DNA of 62,916 bases, filler included, from Sluysia triapertura (lineage: Eukaryota): NCBI GenBank assembly GCA_046118255.1. It is 4 parts of 4 records of this genome, joined end to end, with 100 filler letters (N's around TTAATTAATTAA, not from the genome) between each part and the next. Parts side by side here need not be neighbours in the genome. Positions count along the whole stretch, not along the records: positions 35,088 to 47,146 come from JBJNIA010143167.1; positions 47,247 to 62,916 come from JBJNIA010222132.1; 2 more parts are not named here. One strand, written 5' to 3'. A program made the translations under genes and the position numbers. The notes under the pieces are model-generated. The model was not told the DNA's origin and searched no databases. It worked only from the letters and a program-made list of their open reading frames with translations. Every line of letters begins with the position of its first letter. Positions within the stretch are counted from its first letter, which is position 1. Below are positions 38,536 through 52,398 of this stretch, one piece after another.

Positions 38536-40884
38536 TCACTCCAGATATTTGGAATTTGAGTCTTTATAAGAATAATCAGAAAGATAATTGAATAATGATT
38601 GTTCAATCAAATTTTTTTCATATTTATATGTTTGTTTAAGGTGCTCAATCGGTGGTGGTATTGTATTCAAGTTATTCAATAGTTTTAGATTAGAATTAAA
38701 TTATTGTATGCCACTGAAATATTTATCAAATGATAAAGTAGCTCCTGGTATTCAATTTGGATTAGGAGTTGTGTATCTTTGATCGAATTCGTCTGAAGTT
38801 TAGTATTTAATAAATTGTTCAATGATTCTGATTTTATATAATTTTTTCAATTTTAATATTAAAACCACATGATATATTTGTTTTAATTTGCTGAACAGAT
38901 AACTTTTCTCGAAAATATCACTTTCGGTTAATCAAAAAGATAAAATCCAATAATCAACAGCAAAGAACAATAACATTTAAATCCAAACACATGAAATTGA
39001 TACGAAAATAAGTCATATCATATGGTGAACACAAATGTAGGCATACAGAATTATAAATTTAGTAGGTAATGGTGCTGTTATATTTGTTTTATTGCCTTAA
39101 CTTTACAGAGTAATTAAAATTTACAATTGAACAAGATGTAAAATGTATTGTTTCTAATACACGAATTATTACGTAACTTATTTGTAATTTTATTATTTTT
39201 AAAAAAATTTATGAATTTTTTAATTTAATCCATACGATCTAGCATAAAAAACCATTTTTGGTAGTTAAAATTGTAAAATGAAATGCTATGTATTGCTTGA
39301 TTGTTAAAGGGTTAAGGTACAATATATGTGAAGAATTATTTAATGATTTCTAAGCGTGTGATAAGAAATGAATTGCCTTGTAATAAGGCTTTAATATTCA
39401 CTACTTTGCAAAGTATGTACTGCTTCGGATACTCAATTCTCAACAATGTAAATACTTTGCAATTTTAAAATTAACAATACACCTATAGTTAAACTTGATT
39501 AGTAAGGAAACTTGTTTAGAATTTGAACAACAATCACTAATAGTAAAGTTAATAGTTTGCAGACGTATGGCTAGCCTTGCATCATTAAATATGTTATTTA
39601 TTAAACTTAAATATAACACAATTTCTATAAGTGATTTTAAATTTTCAAAATATCTTAAATTAATTATTATTTCGATTTGATTATTCTTTAATATAACTTT
39701 TAAATTATCTTTCAGTTCAATTAAGCACATAGATTAGTACAATGTTTTTATCTAATACGATGTTATTTATATATGCGATAACTTTAAAATGAAAATTTAT
39801 ATAAAGAAAAAAAGGATTTCACATTCAACCCTATTTGACATCTATTGAAATTGAAACTCGAAAGAAAATAATCTAAATTATTTATAAATAAATCTTTAAC
39901 GTAAAAAGGTTTTAAAATATTCAAAGGTACGGCTACGTTTATTGAATCATTCAATAAATATTTACTTAACATACTGTAATTTAAATATATGTATATAGAT
40001 AGCGGTCAGTATAAATTGATAACAAATACTGTCTAAGAATTTTAGAGACGCATTTAAAACCGATTATATAATACCAAATAAAGGCAATAAATTAAGAATA
40101 AGAATAATGAAAAAATAATTTATATTAGAACCGCCAGTAATGTATTATTATAGGATTTATAGAATATTAAGATCAAATTATCATAAAGTTGTTGCACAAG
40201 AAGTATATATTGTGAGTTTAAAGTCACTTGCAAAAGTTTTGATACAGAAAAAAGAATTACGATGTCGCGACCAATATCGATCAAACTAATTGAGATGCGG
40301 AGGTCATCGACTCTAATCTATGAATTGGACAAATTTCAGTATGCACTAATATTTCTAAAACAAATAAAATTTAATTTAGTATCCGGATTTTTACATCAAG
40401 ATAATTTTCCAAAAATAAATATATGATAGATAAGGCAGATTTTGTACAGAAGATTAATTGAAGTAGACGGTGGATTAATAATTCTGCAAGTATATATTTA
40501 ATTTATTTATTTTCTTAAATTCAAAATATATTATTTCTCTTAGGGCTCGCTTGTAGTCTTAGGACAGATGTATTCATATGATTTGCTGATTATCTAGATG
40601 AGCCTTCAAGATATACCGTATTACAAGCGTGAAGCTAGTTTTATTAATTTTTAAATCTTTCTTAAAATAATAATGTTATATATCTCAATAAATATGATGT
40701 GGATTACTAGATATCAGAAACAAAAATAATAACTTCATATTTGTTTAACTCAAATTACTTCTTACAAATATCTTTCATATAATTCCATTTTAAAGCAATC
40801 TTACATTTTATAGTTATTCAAAATAATTTAATCAGACATACTATCACCAAGTATTCCGCGTTAATTTCAAAAGTTCTTTATTAA

Positions 40885-40956
40885 CACATTATGAGCGGGG
40901 CGGGTATTAGTACCCGTTTTATGGACTGTCACTTAAGGATACCCGCTCATAATGTG
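40885..40956. mobile_element. 72-bp piggyBac-type micro-MITE
   Basis: TTAA|CACATTATGAGCGGG ... CCCGCTCATAATGTG|TTAA: perfect 15-bp TIR with TTAA on both sides. Confidence 0.8.
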
Positions 40957-41170
40957 TTAAATCTAATTTTGCCTTACAAATTAACCGGTGGCTAGTAGGT
41001 TATAAAATGTTTGCGTTTCAAAAATCTATAACGATCTAGGAGAGAATGTTAAATTTCTAGAAGATTATGAAATATTTAAGAAAATGATAAAGTTCTTTCT
41101 ATTTTAGAAATACAATTATTTTAAGTGTTTTTGAGTAGATATTAGTGCTATATTAAATATTAATGTATTA

Positions 41171-42473
41171 CAGTCGTCCCCATTGTTAATGAACAAGCCT
41201 GCAGACAAAAAGATCTTGTTCATTATTTATTATAATGAATAGTGAAATGACTTAATTATCACTAAAAGCGTCCTTCTTTCATTAAAAGTTTTTTCTTTGT
41301 TAACTTTAAATTGAAAAAATCAATCTTAGGAAGAAAGTCTTAAATAATAACCGAAAAAACATTTATTTATACAAAAAGTATTTATTTTTTGCTTATCATA
41401 AAACTCAGTATATCATGTTTCACCGAAGATCGTTTCGACAGGAAATCTTTGAAATTATAAAAATTAGAAATATCATCATTTGCATTTTGAAGATACCAAA
41501 ACTCAATTTTTTCTAACCATAATGAGGTGTCTTTGAACCTTGGCAATAATAAAATTTCTTCATTGTTATCTTCACAATTCTTATCAATTTCTGTTTTAAT
41601 AGTGTTTTGAGACTTTTTAACTCCTATTCCATATTCATTCGTCACATTTAAGATTATTTCGTCCTTGTCTATTTCATAGTTTTCATGCAAGTCAAAATCT
41701 TCAGATTCGATTTATTGTTTGTCTTGAACCACATTTTCAGATTTCATATTATCAAGGGCTTTGTTCCAACAATTAATTATTATTTGTTCATCAAGTTCGA
41801 GCCATGATAGATTAATCATCATATAGGCTTTCAACAAATTTATTCTTTTGATGGATACACTGTAATCACAAAGCGTACCATTATCAAGGTACTGATGCCT
41901 ACGATACCGGTCTTTAAAGGCTTTAATGATGCCTTAGTTTAGCGGCTGGATGACTGTCGTAGAATTCTTTGGAAAAAAGATCAGTTTAACGCGTTGTCTA
42001 AACAGAGAAGGATTTTTCTATTCTGTGAAGCCATAAGACTGTCAAGATCTTTTATAGAATAAAAGTCCAGCCATCCAAGCTTTTTTAGATGATCGATGTT
42101 GTATTTTTAGATTTTTTTAAATTTCTTTTGTACTTCTGAAACAATGTGGGTTTTGTGATTTCGCAATAGACACTAATCGCAAAAAGTAATGTAATTCTTT
42201 CTTTTTGTTTAAATTTTTGCACATGATCATTTTATGAACAAGTGATCTATTTCTTGTTGACTTAAAAAACAATCCAGTTTCATCGCAATTAAATACGTTG
42301 TGTTCTAAATTTAAATTTACTGTTCACTATTCATTATTTAAAAAAAAGTAAAAAAGATAAAATACGCAAAGACGATATTCCTACAAAATATAACATATGA
42401 TTGATTATAAAGTATGGCTATAAATATTATTTACTTAAAAAATCTGAAAATATGTTTCACAAGAGGGACGACT
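41171..42473 (-). mobile_element. pogo/Tigger DNA transposon with degenerate DDE_1 transposase
   Basis: TA|CAGTCGTCCC ... GGGACGACT|TA termini. Minus-strand NVFNCDETGLFFK, KSQNPHCF, SSKKAWM, LIFFPKNSTTVIQPLN*GIIKAFKDRYR and IIINCWNKA. ORF 41382..41690 is the acidic tail. Confidence 0.85.
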
Positions 42474-44695
42474 TAATAATTCTAATGATATCCTAATGAT
42501 ATCTTGTGTGTAACTGTAAAGAAATAATCATAAATGCATTAAAATTTTAAAGTTCCGTATTTCTAAATTCAAGATTTGTTTAATTTAAAAAATGGTGATA
42601 CGTTTTGAGAAATTTTGTAACGTAGCATTTATATTTTCAATTTTAAACATGAATTTTAATATTTATAAGAAATACATTCATATAGAGTAATTAATTAAAA
42701 AAATGTATTGTACTTCTTATTTTTTGCTTTTTGCTAGTTTTTCTTATATTGATGAGAATTTGTACATAATTATTTATGCAAGCCATTGACATATGTAGAG
42801 AATTATGCAGTTATTTATAAAAATATTTATTAAAATATTCATGGATATTTTGATCTTAACTAATAAAGAGCATATTCGTGAATTTATTTATCGGTGATCA
42901 TGTTTTGTAAGTGTTTTCTTTTATTACACAACCCTTTTGAAAACTGGTTTAGATTTTCCTCTCAGCCTCGCGGATAAATTATTTTAATTCTTAACACTGA
43001 AAAATAGTTCGTCCTGAGTTTGCCTATAGATGCCGATTTATATCTCTTAAGAAAAGACGGGTTTATATGATTTTATCTTAACAATAAATCAAAAACCAAT
43101 TCGTTGATTAACTCGTACGTACCTGTTACGTGGTTCTCTTAATTTTCCATTTTCTGTGTAGTTACGATAATAAATATGTCGAAGGATTAATTCTAACTGT
43201 ATAACTTAAATAATAAACACTATATATTCGCTTCTAATTGCTTTTTTTAAAAGATGAGTAGTCAGGTTAACAACAAAATATATTAAGACAATGTTTATAA
43301 ATAACATTTTTTACAGCAATACTTTTAAGTCTTTTACAATAAAACAATCATTCAATAATAATAAACGATAATAATGTTTTCAAATATTAAGATTACTCTT
43401 AATATTGATTTAAATATTTTAATTTGATTTATCTATAACACAGCTTAAAAATGGATGATTTCAGGTGTGATGTTAACCCTTTCTTTAAAAAAAGAACATA
43501 ATCTAACAAAGTAAATTTACGTATTACATGGAAAATAAAATGATTTGAATGAATGTTGCAGTTCCACAAATCCCAGATTAAAATGGAATTACGATAATTT
43601 GTCGGCGTTGAGGAAATAAAATTATCTGCTAATACTTTTACTCTTTTAGTTGTAACTATGCCCTGTGGACAATAAACTGCTTTGCTACTGAGATTTTAAT
43701 CCTTTTATATCATTTTCCATGCACTTATCGCAATAATTATTCAAAGTAATTTCAGCAATTACTTATTTAATAAACTAAATTATTTATTTCGTAAAATAAT
43801 TATTTATTTCCTAAATTAAGAGTAATTATTTTCTTTATAATACTTTTTTAAAAACCATTAAAAGCAATTATTTTAAAATATTTATAAATTTACGTAAAAC
43901 TTTTACATTGATTACTTTACAGTTTTATTTTCTATTCGAAAAAAAATATTAAAAACTGTAACCAATCCTTGAGTTACTTACCTTACTGACTTAAATGAAT
44001 TAATAACATTTTATTCATGATTTATAATATTAAATCTTTTAATTTTATTTTATATATCACAAATTTGTGTTTTACATTTTAATCTTATTACGTTTGCGCG
44101 GAAAGGGATTAGTAAAATGAAAATATTCGATATTTTCAGTTTAATTTTGAAATTGTTGATAATGCAGATATTACTTTATTAAAAATAAGGTATTATTTTT
44201 AACGATCACGGCTTTGCGCAATAACACAACCTATTTAACTCTTTCAAACAAATGGTCCAATTCGTAGGAAGTTAACAATTTTTAAGTACAAAAACGAGTT
44301 AGTTTCCTGTTAGGTTAACAATGTGCTAAAACATTTTTATGGAGTTTGTAAATCAGTGTAAACTAAATATTTTTATTGCAATGAATTCTTAAAGTGAATT
44401 TATTGTTTTAATTGTATTTCAGTAGTTAAGTAATTTTCATCTTTCCGCAATATTGAGAGGAACATTTGTGCACTAGATTATACTTCTGATCAAAGAAAAC
44501 CCTGATGTGATTCTTATGAAAATAAAAAATAAAATTATTTGTTAGATATTTTTTAGCAATCTTTTACTAATCTTTTACTGGGAATAAGTAGATCATGAAA
44601 CGATAAACAAATTATGTAGATTCACTACTCATTTTTTTGTCACATAAACTGACATTATTATATAGCGGTAAATGAATTATTTTTTTAATTTGTAG

Positions 44696-44954
44696 ATGTA
44701 ATATAGAACAGCATGATCAAATTCTTTCTGTGGATGGAATTCCATTAGATGATCCAGAAACTAACCGAGATGTTGCTTTAGAAGCTTTACGAAGCAATCA
44801 TAATAGAATCGATTTGCGAATAGCTAAAAACAAAAGTCAAGTATCTCATATGCAACCGAATAATCAAACAGATAGTGCAAATACTTTAGCGGCGACATAT
44901 GAAACTAATGCGACTCATCTAAGAAACAGATCTGATGTAGGTTTAGTGCGAGAA
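44696..44954 (+). CDS. Patj: Patj/MPDZ multi-PDZ protein, internal exon (second half of a PDZ domain plus linker)
   Basis: AG acceptor at 44694-95, GTTCGT donor at 44955; CNIEQHDQILSVDGIPLDDPETNRDVALEALRSNHNRIDLRIAK. Confidence 0.8.
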
Positions 44955-46080
44955 GTTCGTTTTATGTAATTTTGTATTATTGTGCAGAACATAGTAGGTT
45001 GTATATTTTTGAATATTTTTGAGCAATGTATATATGTAATTTTATGTCAATGATGTTCACATTTATACTAATTTTGAAATCAATAATGTAGAAAATACTA
45101 TTAAAAATAAATACGGTTGAAAATAAATATTTGAAAGTCAATGAAGAAAGTCAATTTTTTTATAATTTTCATTAATAAAACATCCATAATGCTGAAATAT
45201 ATGAAATGTTAAATGTTAATGCACATTGCCAATTTCTTCTAAATCAAGTCTAAATCATAATTCTTAAGCATCACAAAATGTATGTAGCTAAATACTCTAG
45301 ATTTATACACTATTAATTTAATCGAATTACAATATTAAATCTGAATTCGAGGGATCATCAAACATAAAAAACAATTTAATAAAATGAATTTAATGCATTA
45401 GTAAAATTATTTTGTACGCATCAAGCAAAATATCTAATTAGATGCAGTTACATCTTAAGCGAGGGTAAATAAGTATTCACCATTATTCATGTAACATTCA
45501 ATAATCCGTTACTATTCACACAATTGTTACTTACTGCTTACTTCACTGCATTTACATTCATTTTTGTTTTCGCCATTGTGCTGAGTAGCAACTGCATCCC
45601 ATGATAAACAATTATCAATTACTTATTTGCATGAAAAAAAATTATGCATTAGGTTACGATGACAAACACATTCGATGTGGATGTCATACAAGTGTGGCAT
45701 TATGGTAATTCTATTAAAATGAAATGGTTGGAAGGATCTCCATTATCGTATTGATTCTAACAATAATATTATGTATAATGGTTAATCTGTTAATTGTTTA
45801 AAAATTGTAAAGTTTGTATTTTAATTGATTCTGAAAAAAGAATTCATAATCAAAACGCCATTTCAGAATTCATACTAAGTGTTGTATTTTATTTTATGTA
45901 AGTTTATAAATTAGTGTAAATTTATGACGCGTTCGCTTAGTAAAGATGTAGGCAAAACAAATATATCATGTTACAGAGTGTAAAAATGCATAGCCGGCGG
46001 TTTTACAACAGTAATACAACATTCACTAATTCACGGCTGAACTTTTAGGTGTTAATGAGTTTATAATTTATAATTTATAG

Positions 46081-46215
46081 TTAGACACGGAATGGACTCA
46101 GTATGAAATTATCGATTTAAAAACAATCAATGGTAGTTTCGGATTTGGTATAACAACAGGTTTGCATGGTGGAATAATGGTTCGAACTATATTAAGTGGA
46201 GGAGCAGCAGAAAAA
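46081..46215 (+). CDS. Patj: Patj/MPDZ internal exon (first half of next PDZ)
   Basis: tag|LDTEWTQYEIIDLKTINGSFGFGITTGLHGGIMVRTILSGGAAEK|gtaaat, phase 0/0. Matches the Patj L.TEW.Q.E.I.L...G.G.GFGI pattern. Confidence 0.88.
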
Positions 46216-46845
46216 GTAAATATTTTTCGTCTTTTTATACTAGTATTAATTTTAGATTTGAAAAGAAATTATGATTACCAATTTTGATTAATTAAGAACA
46301 TATGTTAGGGCCTTACGAAATTAAACATGAAAAATTCAAAATGACAACAATTTTAATTATTACTTATTACTCTTACATAATACTCTTACATTCTCAAAAA
46401 AGTGCTACATAAATTTGCAGATTATAAAAATGCGCGCATTGAAAGTGTGAAAAATTATAACAATTAATACATAGGATACAATGAATCAAAGGTTTGACTG
46501 AAATAAGTGTATATTTATTTATGTAATTTGAGAAACTCATACTTTTTAGTTGTGGGGTTCTCTTAATCATGTTTCTGATTGTAAAATATTTTAGAATTCA
46601 ATACTTCAAATTACTTTTCTTTTAATATTGTCTTTTTGTTCATAATTGTAAGACCATGATCATTAAATTTGAAAATTGTTTTCCGTGATTGTAGCAGCAT
46701 TGTTACGAACAAAATGTGATATTCAGTTACGACAAAATATTATTCGGAAAATAATGTGAAAAATTAATTTTTTATTTTAACTTATGAGGCAATAATGAAA
46801 GTTACTCCTGTGTATTATTATTTAATAGTATTTTATTTGCTTCAG

Positions 46846-47058
46846 GATGGTTGTCTTCAAATTAATGATCATATAATGTACATAAATGATATAAAAGTTC
46901 GATATATGAATAATAGTGATGTTGCTCAAATATTAAAAGCTCAAAAAGATAGTGTCAAATTAATTGTAGCTCGACCTTTTGATCAACAATCGCAAATCAA
47001 TTCAAGTGGAAGGCGAGTGAAAATGGTAGAAACTGTTGATTTAGATGTTACACTAAAG
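46846..47058 (+). CDS. Patj: Patj/MPDZ internal exon (completes the PDZ)
   Basis: cag|DGCLQINDHIMYINDIKVRYMNNSDVAQILKAQKDSVKLIVARP...VTLK|gttatt; in phase with the previous exon. Confidence 0.85.
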
Positions 47059-47069
47059 GTTATTTCATG

Positions 47070-47122
<53 letters not shown>

Positions 47123-47146
47123 TATTATTATTATTATTATTATTAT
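47070..47146. repeat. (TAA)n/(TTA)n microsatellite at a contig end; further (AAT/ATT)n runs at ~36471-36521, 50338-50390, 50612-50670 and 59849-59901
   Basis: Directly visible. Confidence 0.95.
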
Positions 47147-48979
47147 NNNNNNNNNNNNNNNNNNNNNNNNNNNNNNNNNNNNNNNNNNNNTTAATTAATT
47201 AANNNNNNNNNNNNNNNNNNNNNNNNNNNNNNNNNNNNNNNNNNNNAATAGTAATAGTAATAATAATAATAATAATAACAATAATTTCATAAAGGAATAA
47301 AACAGTCCGAGTAAGAATATACATAAAACAAAAAACGATGAAGAAAAATAAATGAATAAAACAGTAAGAATATTCTTACTACTATTATTATTAGTTATTA
47401 CTAGTACAAGAGGTAAAAGGCTGGAAAAGTGAAAATAAACATTGTATTACTTTTGTCGAAAGTGTGTTGATTTGGATTAAGGTTGTTTCGAACAATATTG
47501 ATATATTTAGGATAAATTATTTACTTGTTGAATGATAATGTTTGTCGCAAAATTCTCTCTTATATTTTTTATTTTGTGATAAAGTATAAAATTCAAATTA
47601 CGGGATGGACCACTACAATAATACATACTTTTGACTTATTAATATACTTTTACGCATTTGCAATCAAACGTCAAAATAACAACCAATATATTACAATAAA
47701 TAGCCAATATAGATATTCAATTGAAAGAAAAATATACAAATACAGAATTTTAAAATTAAAACTAAACATAAATTAAATTAAAATTAAAACATAAAGGTAT
47801 TTAAATTCAATAAATATGATATATTAATAAATTTTTCTCATTAAATCGTGTTGAAAGAAATTTCAATTATTAAAGTTTTAATTATATTTTATGATTCTGC
47901 AAGTAGAACAGCCCTTACAACAACAAATTACTAAAATCAAATAAAATTTCTTCAAACCTGGATATTTAGATATTCATATCTAAATATTTTTCTTTACCAA
48001 ACAATACAATCATAGAAATTACGAATTTGAGGTTAACAAAATTAATATGATAATCCTATTTGTGCAACCAAATAGTCTATCAAACCACTAACACAAATCG
48101 TTATACTATAAGGTTAAAAATACATTGTGGATTTTAATGAACCAAAATTAAATAGTTAAAATAAATTGTTGAAATAACTTCTTTTTGGCAAATTGTGATA
48201 AATCTTTTGTTGAAAATTATTATGATGCAACTATAATATATATGTAAACTATAAATATGTAAAAAACGCAAACAAGAAATTTGTAAATAAATTAAATTAT
48301 TAATTGCAATTCCATTAGGATAATAGATTTTTTATTGAAATGAAAACATATTCTTGCAACTCCATTAAGATAATGGATTTTTAAAATAGATTTATAATAC
48401 TAATTGATTATTATTGGTTACAAAGAAAACTAATATTTTTAACAGAAATAAACAATTTCGAATTATATCTCTAAAGTAATTGGTTAGTGGAAAGAAACAA
48501 GTTACTAACCCTGATAAATTCCCCTATTATGTATTTTAATCAACTACGAAAGAATGAGCCCCAATCTCACCTTTTTTCCACAAATGGACTGAGGTAGCGT
48601 TCCTAAAGCTTAATAAGACCTTGTCCAAATAATTTTCCTCTATCTACCTTTTCTTATTATCTTCTTTCTTCCTTTGTTTATAAATGACCTACAAAAACAT
48701 TACTACATATATAGCAGTTCAGGAAATTGGAATAATTACTTATTTAAAATCCTATTCTTTTTGATCGGTCATAAGCCAACCAATAATTTCATTATCTTTT
48801 ATAATTACCAAAAGATAATGGGATTTATGATAAACAATCTCTTTATCTTTTCAACATAATTAAATCAAAATTTAATATTGCTACTGCATGAATATTCTAT
48901 CATTAACGCAATTTATTAACTTAAATTAAGAATAGAATTAATAAAATACTAAATTTATTTTTCATAGAAACTCTTGCAT

Positions 48980-50337
48980 AATACGTTGTGCGTTAATCGT
49001 ACGTCACACGTTGACGTTGAATTGATGTCTTCACGAACATCAATTTATATATCGGAACATATTTAACTTTAATTTTACATTATAAAAACTAATAAAATAA
49101 CTAACTTTTACCTTATCTACGTTGACGTGCTTCGCAACACTTCATCATTAAAAATATTAATAAAAATCGTCATTATATACTAAATCTAATATTATTTCAT
49201 CATGAGCAAATATTTTTCATTAAGTTATCAAATTAGACAAATTTTAATTAAATTAACTAACAAATGCACTTTAATATTTTAACAGATAAAAACTTACAAA
49301 TAGTTATTTCTTCATATCTTTCATTACTTTCTTTTGATTCATATATTTTATATACTTACTGTTCGGATTGTCCAGTTAATGCATAGAAAATAGGTTAAAA
49401 TGTAAGAGAAAGTGATACAGAATATCTAAAATATGATAATATAAACATAATCAAATACTTCTAGAGCAAGAATAATAAATTTTCATAATCAGTTTGAAAC
49501 CGTAGAACACCATGGAGTTCCAAAGACCTTTGTAGACTGTTATGAAGACTTTTAAGACCTTAATAAACTTTTGAGACCTTCGAGTAACTTTGTAAAATGT
49601 TTGGAACTTTTAAAAATGTTCAAGAATTAAAATCATGGTTAATAATATTAAAGATAAATTTAATATATTAATAATTGAAATTAAAAATAGTAGAAAAATC
49701 AATCAGAGTGGTGAAAGACAAAGCATCTAGAGCCTTCCGAGTACGTTATAAAGTATGTAACAACTTTAAACTTAGAATAAAATAAGTTACAATAATTAAT
49801 TAACTTAATTAAGAAAAATTACGTTTTTGCGAATAACTTTGAATGAAGAATGCTATGTTAAAATTGTCATTATGTATGCAAGTGTTTTAAAGAGATCTTC
49901 CGATGAGGATAAGGTTTGACCGAGTCCATGCGACGTAAGCCTCCATATTGAGCAAAGTTGAAATTTAATTAATTTTTAATAAAAAATGCTGAAATTTTCA
50001 TATCTATAATTGTTGCGTCTTCAATCATTATCACAACAATAATCCAATGTTCATTTAAAATAAATAAAATTTTAAATAATATAACAAATTTCCTTACTTT
50101 AAAATAATAACATAAAGTCAAAAATATAATAATAAATATTATCAAATACAATTATTATAATTCTCTGCTTGAACAATAATATAAGTAAACTAAATGAGAA
50201 ATAACTAGATTTCTAAGTTAAGCATAAAATTTATGACAATATTACGACCACAACAATTTATCCAAAGAAGCCAGAGATGACGCAACAAACAACAAAATTA
50301 AAATACCAATATCTGAAGAAATTGAAATCATTATCAA

Positions 50338-50391
<54 letters not shown>

Positions 50392-50633
50392 CTTATAGAA
50401 TAGCTATATTCTAACTTGATAGCCGAAAACTAGAAAGCAATTGGGTAGGGAGTCTCCCTAAATTCAATTAAAATCAATTTAAAGAGAGCTAAGTCAAAAA
50501 ATAATAATTAAAAACTTTATAAAATTGGTCAAAAAAACTTGAGCAGGGAGTCTCCCATGGAACCAATTTAACGTTAACTTAACTTATTCAAAAATCATTT
50601 AAAATATTATTCAACAACAACAACAACAACAAC

Positions 50634-50673
<40 letters not shown>

Positions 50674-51895
50674 TTTATCATAATCACGGATCTTCCCTTC
50701 AATATTGTGCGGTAGGATCGATTGTGATTAAATTTTTTCAAGTATTTATTTTTATATCTCTGTATCGTCCAGTCTCTTTCAAACTCACAATCAGGAATTA
50801 CTATTACAAAAATCATCAAAACCTCTTTTAAAGATTAAACCGACAAAAAAGACTCTGACACTTACATGGTACGACTTGTCAAGCAAAACAAAACAATTCG
50901 ATTAACAATCAACTCATATTTTTTCTTCTACTCTACTCGATCTATTTTTTCATGAATCACTTCTTACATTAAAATAACAATTATTATTATTATTGACATA
51001 CTTAAAACTAATGAATTTAACTTTAGTTTTTACATTTTAATTAATTTTTAATTCCTCACACTTAATTTTGTAATGGAAAATGTCTAAGGTTCTCATTCCC
51101 AAACGAACCATTTCACAAACATGTCAACCTCATTTTTGGATTCTCCTATTTCATAGCAATCACTCCACACCTAACTTATCATGTCTTCATCATTCTAAAT
51201 ATGAAAATTTCATCCTTTTTAAATTAAAAATTAATTAAAATTCGACTTTGCTCAATATAGAGGCTTTCCTCGCATGAACTCGGTCGAGCCTTATCTTCAT
51301 TGAAAGGTCTCTTTAAAACACATACATACACAATTACAGTTTTAACATAGCATTCCTCATTCAAAAGTTATTCACACAAATTTAATTTTCATTAATTAAG
51401 TTAATTAAGATTTGAATTAATTAATTAATTATTTTAACTTATTTTATTCTAAGTTTAAAGGTTTTATTATGGTTATAAAGTCGTTAAATACTTTATAAAG
51501 TACTCAGGAGGCTCTAAATGTTTTCACTTTCACCACTTTTTAGTTTAATTATTAATATCATTAACCATAATTTCAAAGGTTCCAAACTTTTTAGAAAGTT
51601 ATTTGAAGGTCTCAAAAGTTTATTAAGGTCTCAAGAGTCTTAAAAAGTTCCAATAGATCAAATGATTCCGAAGTTCCGAAGTTCAAAGGTATCTTTACAC
51701 TTCAAGATATTTTCCAAACCTTACTTAAGTCTTCAGAAGAGTCTCAGGGTATTCTTCGATTTCAAAATGATTATAAACATTTTAATGTTCATTATTCTTG
51801 CTCTGTAAATATTTAATTATGTTTACATTATCATATTTCAGATATTTTATATCATTTTTCTTCTGTATTTTAAATTCTATACACTAACTAGGAAT
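48980..51895. repeat. Fold-back repeat, locus II (inverted arms ~49365-49985 and ~51215-51895)
   Basis: The arms are reverse complements, e.g. CTAGAGCAAGAATAAT versus ATTATTCTTGCTCTG and GAGGATAAGGTTTGACCGAGT versus ACTCGGTCGAGCCTTATCTTC. Same layout as locus I. Confidence 0.75.
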
Positions 51896-52398
51896 TAATG
51901 GATTTTCCAGGTACCGCAGGCACATCCATGCACCTACATATTTAGTGACTTAATATACTAATATTCTGACTTTTCAGAGGTAAAGAGAATATTTCTACTG
52001 AATGAAAAGCCATACATAAACGTATTTTTGTCAGTAGGAATAGTAAGATGTACTTTATTCATTCAGAAGTGTGGAAGTAAAGTTTTACCGATATTCTTAA
52101 GAGGAGATAGATTTGTAAAGAATGTATGTGAGTTCTTCAAAAGAGAAAAAAGAAAAGAAAAATTAAGGGAAAGAAAGCTATATTAGCTTTTATAGAAATT
52201 TCATTGTTGTATTAAATTGTATCTGCGTTTAATTTTAAGTTAGAATTTTTATATATCATCAGTTTGAATATTTATGAGATTGCGTATTTATTCGATGTTT
52301 AGTGTTACCTATATGACATTTTTGTTGTGTGTGATATGCACAAAATTTTAAATGTAAAAGGTTGAACAACCACACTCACCACAACATAAGAAACTAAC

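Noticed and set aside
40260-40630. Possible upstream Patj exon or ABC-type fragment (RPISIKLIEMRRSST; DYLDEPSRY)
   Set aside because: No GLGF loop, an in-frame stop, and motifs too short to assign.
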